DNA of 63,936 nucleotides, filler included, from Olpidium bornovanus S191 (Eukaryota; Fungi; Olpidiomycota): NCBI GenBank assembly GCA_017911155.1. It is 27 parts of 27 records of this genome, joined end to end, with 100 filler letters (N's around TTAATTAATTAA, not from the genome) between each part and the next. Parts side by side here need not be neighbours in the genome. Positions count along the whole stretch, not along the records: positions 57,720 to 60,376 come from JAEFCI010000236.1; positions 60,477 to 62,059 come from JAEFCI010011000.1; positions 62,160 to 63,936 come from JAEFCI010008765.1; 24 more parts are not named here. One strand, 5' to 3'. Shown piece by piece: positions 57,720 to 63,936 of this stretch (position 1 is its first letter; each line of letters starts with the position of its first letter). The notes under the pieces were generated by a model. It saw only the letters and a program-made list of their open reading frames with translations, ran no database searches and was not told where the DNA came from. The position numbers and the translations under genes were made by a program.

Positions 57720-59685
57720 AGATGAAAAAACGGGAAATTCGTGCCGGCAGACTGCAGAATCTTTGCCGCAACCGGCCGAGTGCGCCGCGCCCTCGGACAA
57801 TGACGTCCTGGCGTCGATTAAAAAGACCATCCTCGTCATGGCCTCTCAAGGCCCGGGCTTTTTCTCCAATCCCGGCAGCAGCGCACCGCCTTCACCGGTG
57901 CCCTCCCGTCCGGAGTCGACGTGCTTCACGCCGGAAAGTCCGACGCATTCTCCAGTAAATGGCGACGCAAAGCTGCCGAAGAAGTTTCTTCGGCGGGAAA
58001 AGAAGGCTCGCGAGAAAAAGGCGAAAGACCTCGCGAATCTGTTCACCACCTTGGCCGTCGAGGACGCGCTTTCCAGGCTGCTCGGGATTGTTAACGATAA
58101 ACCCCTGTACCCGCAGTGGCTTCTCTGGTTAGCGGCCGGTGTTGCCAGCGCCGGATGCGCCGGAATGAATTTTGGGTACGCGCTGTCGAACGTGTTTTGG
58201 ATCGTGGTTCGCAGGGTGCGTTGGTCGCCGGCGTTGTCGATTTCCATCTTCATAACTTCCGACATGCTCTTCTTTAGCGGTTCCGGGTTGGATATGATTG
58301 TGAGCTTCTTGATTGGGGCGTTTCTTCAAGCGATGTGCACAATCGCCTCAAAGTCCGAAAATCTTTCGCGGGTGTACGAGGTGGGAACTCAACTTTTCGG
58401 TCTCGCCGCGGTCTCAATTTGTCTTCCGTTATGGCGTTCTGACGTGTCCCGGCTCTTATAGTTCCTTGCCGCCTTCTTTGTTGGAGCGGTCGTCACGACA
58501 CTAGTACATTGTGGGCTTCCGATGTGCTACGGTGCCACGACTCTTGCCTCGCTGATCTGGTTCCTCCAAGGTTTCACGCTGACTTTGGCTGTGGTCGAGC
58601 TGGGTAAGAAGAAAGGGCCGCGCCGTTCGTTGAGATGCTTCCTGCTGACCAGGGTTTCCTTCTTGCGCGGAAACGTTCAGTAACACGGAACATGTTTTGC
58701 GGGATATCGCGGCTGTCCTACGGTATGCCGTGTGTTTTTTGCGTCGCGGAGGCCGGTACGCTGCCGCAGCTCCTGACGAGGAAACCGGATGTTGGGGCGT
58801 GGGGGTGTATTCACAGGCCTGATCACGACTGGCGTCCTGGGCTACGGCCTCTACATGGGCAACTCCGTCACCAACCGGATATTCGGCCGGGACTACACGT
58901 TCGCGCAGCCGTGCGCGGCGCCGATCTCGCCCTACTGGTACTTCCTGCTCTTCGTGCCCACGGTCATCTCCAACTGCATGCTTGTCCAAGCGCACCCGCG
59001 CCAGTTTCCGCCCATGGTCTCCGCCGCCGCGATCGGCTATGTTATCTCCTACGCCGGGGCGACCTTCGTAGGCCCGAACCAGGCCACCCTCGTGGCCGCC
59101 TTCGTGGCCGGAGTATACAGCAACGTTTTGGCCAAGGTCACGGGCAAGCCTGCCATCGTTCCCGAGCTCGCCGCCCTCCTGATGCTCGTTCCTGTAAGTT
59201 TTCTTGTTTGCCGGTCTGACTGCACCTCCTCTCTCGTTGTCTAACCCGTTGTCGCACACCTGTGTCGTATTGGTCGCCTCGCTGTCCTCTTATCTTTCCC
59301 GTGGTCTGTTGTGGCAAAAAAAAAAAAAAAAAAAAAATCCAGGGCTCCATGGCCGTCAGGAGTTTTTCGGCTTTTCTCGGCGACGACAACACTGCCGGCA
59401 CAAGTATTACCATGTCTGTCTTGAGGTGGGTCACCTGCGGCATAAGTGGACGCCCAGCGCGCTTTCGTTGAGCACGCGCCAAATCCCAGTCTCACCGTGC
59501 CCACCCTTCCCCTCGGACGCAGCGTCACGTTGTCCCTCGGCATCGGGCTGTTTTTGAGCTCGCTCGTCGTAACACCGCAGGAGAGGTTCAAGTTCTTCCT
59601 CCATGTGAAGCAGAGCGCGGCTTTCGTCGACCCCGATGAGGAGCGGAAGAGGATCCTTCGCAACATGCCGTCGCTGCATTTCTGA
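57720..59685 (+). CDS. ThrE/DUF1212 family membrane protein (Prm10-like); 5'-truncated
   Basis: PLYPQWLLWLAAGVASAGCA, GFTLTLAVVEL, CGISRLSY, LVAAFVAGVYSN, LLMLVPGSMAV, LSLGIGLFLSSL; many TM helices. Confidence 0.85.
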
Positions 59686-60556
59686 GTGCCGATGCATGCC
59701 TGATTAGCTTTGTTGTTCGAAATCCTCGGCATTTTTTTTATTTTTGCTCTGGCTTGGCCTCTGTCATTGTGCGATTGCGTTAGAACGGAGATATTCGGCA
59801 GACCGGTGGAATCTCGCCGCATTGGTAATGAGGCCGGCACGGGATTCGTTGGCAGTGTAAATATCACGGGAATGCCTGACGGGCGTCCCCACCAAAGTCC
59901 AGCGGCTGATGTATGCAAAGCGGTGCGACCGCATGCAGCAAGATAGCCAGCACATCATTCCTGGGCCGCGCGATTGGCTCCAAACAAGAAAAAATAAAAA
60001 TAAAAATAGGCCATAACTGACGTTCTTTGATTCCCATACTAAAAATGTAACGCTGTCCAAATCTTTATCTGCGCCACACTCTGGAAAAGTACTTGCTTCC
60101 CGTTAAGGCGGGGAAATTTTTTGCCGCGAGAATGGGCCACTGGCTCGCGATGAGAGCTGGCGGCCTTCAAACTCAAACAGGTAGCGCTCCTCTTTGGGTG
60201 TCCTTGCCGCAGCCGGGCCAGTAACATTCCTGTTGGCGGCTCGTTCACATTACACCGGAGTGTGTGCGATGTGGACTTCCCCCGATTGACCTGTGTGTCG
60301 CAGGGAGGGCAATTCGCCGGGGACGTCCTTGCATCCCTGGCGGTGGCGAAACCAGCCTGTGGGGTCCGCGCCGGGANNNNNNNNNNNNNNNNNNNNNNNN
60401 NNNNNNNNNNNNNNNNNNNNTTAATTAATTAANNNNNNNNNNNNNNNNNNNNNNNNNNNNNNNNNNNNNNNNNNNNCAAAAAAAAAAAAAAAAAAACGAA
60501 AAAGCATGATAGAGGTTCGCACGCCGCGGCGGGGTTGACGAGAGACCGCGACGTAC

Positions 60557-60787
60557 GAGGAGGTGCACGCGCGGCCTGCGGTCGGGACCGGCCTCGTAGT
60601 ACCCGATCGAAAGCAGCGGCGGGGAGTTGACAAGGGCAGATTCCGCGGCGGGCCCTCCGGGCTCCACCGCGGGCTCGGGGTCGATGCGCAGAGAGATGTC
60701 CTTCCGCGGGAGGTGCTCCCAGTCGGATCCGGCGTAGAGACGCGAGTACTTGTCGATGCTCCAGACCATCGCCCTGCTCTGAGACAT
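60557..60787 (-). CDS. Probable REC114-like meiotic DSB protein, first exon
   Basis: MSQSRAMVWSIDKYSRLYAGSDWEHLPRKDISLRI resembles the Rec114 PH-domain W-x-I-x-KYS and W-x-H motifs. The exon ends at a GTACGT donor. Confidence 0.5.
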
Positions 60788-61443
60788 GGCTGCCTTCCTG
60801 AATGCTCCGGGTTGTAATAGGGGAGAAAGGGCTGTCTTCGCGCACCGCTCGCGTCCGGTGGCAGTCGGGCGAGGGCTAAAACGCGCGGGAGAAATGCACA
60901 ACACCCGCGGAACCGAGGAAATCAAAAAGAAACGGAAAAAAAAAACTCGGAACGCACGACTTCCGCACAGCGGCAGAGCGGGCGGTCACGTGACTTGCAG
61001 TCCTGCCAGGGGGGGGGGGGGGGGGGGGCGGGGGGGGGGGGGGGGGGGGGGGTTCTAGGCTGGCTGCGCCCCGCAGAAGAACTCGACCGGATTCTCGAAT
61101 CGGACCAAAGTTGGATTCTACATTCGACAAGCTTTAAGCTGAAGTTCCTTTTCTCCCCATTTCCTTCTTGAGCACCCTTCCGTCCAGAACGTCCGCCCCT
61201 GCTTTCTCCCGCCCACTTTCTTGCCCCGAGGTTCTGCACCCGTGCCTACCCGGAGCGCGGGGGTGCCTTCAACTTGTAGCATACGTCCAAATGATACGGT
61301 GATTTCCGTGATCTCTCGGATGAACAGAAAATAGCAATTTATTACCGCATCAGGAGTCCGGCCGCTTGGCCCTCTAAAAAATGTCATATGCCTTTAGGGA
61401 AATATAAAGATAAAAAAACTTTTCATTACCGTTCACTTGTTGT

Positions 61444-61526
61444 GACGATATGGCCGAGTTGGTTAAGGCGGCAGACTAGAAATCTGCTTCCCTTTGGGAG
61501 CGTAGGTTCAAATCCTACTGTCGTCG
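61444..61526 (+). tRNA. tRNA-Ser(AGA), long variable arm, intronless
   Basis: Acceptor GACGATA/TGTCGTC, D-arm GCCGAGTTGGTTAAGGC, anticodon arm GCAGA-CTAGAAA-TCTGC, variable arm, T-arm GTAGG-TTCAAAT-CCTAC. No encoded CCA; followed by TTTT. Confidence 0.96.
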
Positions 61527-62252
61527 TTTTGCTTTTTCCAGACGCCGCCGGTTCCTAGTGCCTGTTCCGACATCTCGTAAAACAAAATGCTGTCATCCAC
61601 AAAGAAACGGTTGCTCGAACGCCGCTTTTCGCGATATTTTTTCGTTTGTCTTCGCGTGATGAGTCCTCTTCGCGTTTGCGAATTTCCCCTGCAGCGCTTT
61701 CTCGTTCGCGAGCTTTGTTCGTCTTCATGGTGATCTTCCGCTTGCGGAGGCCCAGGGAAGTCCCTTTAGACACATTTCGCACTTGTTGATCTTTTGCAAT
61801 ATTCGCGGCCGTTGTCCCGCTCACATTAGTCGCCGTCAAGGTCTTCAGGGCCAATCGTCGAAACGACGGCCATTGCTCCCGTCGCAAGCGAGGTTTATCG
61901 CATTCAACGGTCGTCGGGGTTTATTCCGCGCCGAGCTTTCTGCACCTTGCTGCGGAGCAATCCGGGAGATAAGTAACGGCCGATCTACGAAGGCACATTG
62001 GAATTTCCATTGGGCTTCTCAGCCAAATCAGCGGTGTCGTAGAATTACCGTGAGCTGAANNNNNNNNNNNNNNNNNNNNNNNNNNNNNNNNNNNNNNNNN
62101 NNNTTAATTAATTAANNNNNNNNNNNNNNNNNNNNNNNNNNNNNNNNNNNNNNNNNNNNAATCCTGGCAAATCGGCCGAAACGCGCGATTTGAGGCACAA
62201 GGCTTACGGCACCCCGTTGGGACGGCGGCCGCGGGCAGCAGAATCGACTCAC

Positions 62253-62423
62253 GCTATCGAGAGCAATCCAGAGGGTCATGCATCGCGGGTCGCTCACGAA
62301 TCGCTCGAACTCGGGAGACGCGTTCGACCCGAGCGCGACGTTCTGGAACGCCTTCGCCTCCGGGAGCTCCATGTGCACGGCGACCGCGCGCACGAGGCTC
62401 CTTGTCCGAACGTCCGCAGCCAT
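62253..62423 (-). CDS. Probable cytoplasmic dynein-2 heavy chain (DYNC2H1-like), first exon
   Basis: MAADVRTRSLV...FERFVSDPRCMTLWIALDS resembles the DYNC2H1 N-terminus (ADVR...NFLDD...MLL). 57-codon exon ending at a GTGAGT donor. Confidence 0.5.
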
Positions 62424-62689
62424 TGCGCCGTCCGAATTGTGCGCGAAGTCCCGCGAAGCGCCTCGGCCGATCCACTCTGTTGAGCGAGTTAATCTGCCTC
62501 TCGCCTCAGAATTGTTTTTTTCTCTGCACGTACTTCAGTCGCCGCGTTCGTGATCTCTGCACGTGGCGGTGGCGGTGGCGGTGACCTGTTGGCCTGGCGG
62601 GGTCGCTCGAACAGTTGCTGCTGGCGGCGGATCAAGAAGGATCTGCGTGCATCCGCGCGGTTTGCTCCGGACGCGCCGCAGATCAATTT

Positions 62690-63390
62690 TCCGTCACGTG
62701 ACCCGGCAGGAGAAACGCCGCATTTCCGCGTCGGGACCCGCGCGACCCCGCGTTCCGCGGCTGTGTACGTGAACGCGCGCGCCGGGGAGCTCGTCATTCC
62801 CCCGTTCTCTCACTCCCCACGGTTCTGTTTGGGGTCCGCCGCGCAAATCAGCGAGTCGGGTTATGCGACGTCAAATGCTGAACGCGCGAGGACTCACCGC
62901 CTCTGCCGCTGTTGCCGCGCGAGCCGTCGCTCCCGTCACCGCCGGCGCCACGCGAACCGCCGTCGCCTTCTGACGCGCAAGGACTCACCGCCTCTGCCGT
63001 CGCCGTCACGAACCGCCGTCGCGAACCGCCATCGTCGCCGTCGTCTTTGACGCGCGAGGGCTCACGCCTCCCGCCGTCGCCGCGAAGCCCGTCACCGCCG
63101 CGAACTAGTCGCCGTCGCGAACCATTGCCGCCGCCACCGCCGCGAACCTGTCGCCGTCGCGAGCTATCATCGCTGCTGCCCGAGGACCGCCCCTGACGAC
63201 GCACCAACAATGGCCTTCATCGTCAGGCGTTTTATCACTAAACGGGATGGAAAAAACTATGCGTGTTGGAGTCTACAGTTGCGTCTCCTGCTCAGGGAAC
63301 GAAACCTGGCTGAACATATCAAACGTCCTGAGGACCAAAACCTCCCACCTTAACCATAACCCTAAGAAGGATGGAGTGTCCTGACTAAGA
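62690..63390 (+). mobile_element. Decayed copia 5' end (LTR-like motif, PBS-like GGTTATG, repetitive leader, gag relic)
   Basis: GTCACGTGACCCGG shared with the LTR at 20041; GGTTATG at 62859; gag-like DGKNYACWSLQLRLLLRERNLAEHI followed by stops. Confidence 0.6.
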
Positions 63391-63936
63391 TCATCTTCAC
63401 CGTGGAAGGCAATCAATACATGCACGTTGGGGAGGAGGGGGGGTGGGGTGGGGGGAAATTAGAGATTCCAATCGTCAGCCGCGCCGCGCCGCGCCATAAT
63501 TATCCCCATCGCCGGCCTCTCCAATTCCATGCCGGGGACGCAACCTATCTGGCCCGTTTCAGCGACGAGCACCGGGGATTCTGGGGTTACCTTTAGTGGG
63601 CGAACGGCGAGAAAGTCGTCTCCAATAAGACCGCGGCATTGGAAAAGCTCCGAGCTGAGGAGTCCTTGGCGTTTCCTAATGGGATGGCGGCGTCGGAAGC
63701 GGGAGCGGAGGCAGGGTGACTCGGCGGTCCAGTTCCGCTTCTCCAGCCCCTTCCTCGCCCAGTTCTATGCCCTCAACAAGACCAGAGCTCCCGCGGACGA
63801 AAATTCCGTTCGCCAACGCTATCCTGAGGATGGAGGCAATCAAAATGAGTTGGTTTTCCGGACTCGCGAGGAGGAATGCTGTGTTGATGGCAACTGACCC
63901 GGCACCGGTATTCAGGTGCGCGTGCCGAGCGGCATG

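Larger units (their letters stand above)
3923..62159. other. 26 artificial 100-nt contig linkers (N-run + TTAATTAATTAA + N-run); first 3923-4022, last 62060-62159
   Basis: The same 12-mer, giving stops in all six frames, sits inside a 100-nt N block at every junction; genes are cut abruptly at each one. Confidence 0.99.

Noticed and set aside
3923-62159. Regularly recurring TTAATTAATTAA as a biological repeat or CRISPR-like array
   Set aside because: It is always embedded in a 100-nt N block and is a six-frame-stop concatenation linker. ORFs ending in X...LIN are artefacts of it.

Overview
This window is not contiguous genome. It is 27 short contigs (about 1.2-3.9 kb) joined by 26 artificial 100-nt linkers (N-run, TTAATTAATTAA, N-run), so gene neighbourhood across linkers means nothing. 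Nearly all contigs come from a GC-rich, intron-rich eukaryote that looks like an early-diverging, probably zoosporic fungus; this taxonomy is inference, and a fragmented single-cell-type assembly would fit. Recognisable and mostly truncated genes: kinesin-10/KIF22-like, DUF2439/ZGRF1-Mte1-like, OSR1/SPAK-like STE20 kinase, RBR E3 ligase, ADE6/PFAS, ORC4, a PPR protein, an ABCC transporter, MFSD5/MOT2, a mucin-like Cys-rich membrane protein, a KDM5-like C-terminus, PSMD5/Hsm3-like, a class A (rhodopsin-family) GPCR, NOP56, ThrE/Prm10, probable REC114 and dynein-2 heavy chain N-termini, and tRNA-Ser(AGA). Several decayed Ty1/copia and Ty3/gypsy pieces are present. One contig (56428-57619) is bacterial. 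The most notable observations: (1) an opsin-like class A GPCR lacking the retinal lysine and both counterion residues; (2) a bacterial divergent gene pair, both apparently leaderless, around overlapping palindromic operators, next to a poly-gamma-glutamate hydrolase; (3) 17 of 54 contig ends lie exactly at genomic CATG; (4) an 8-nt microexon and a GC-AG intron in the DUF2439 gene; (5) a dispersed ~280-bp element with a compensated palindrome. All identifications are by eye from motifs; no database search was run. I cannot show that any of these is a previously undescribed system.
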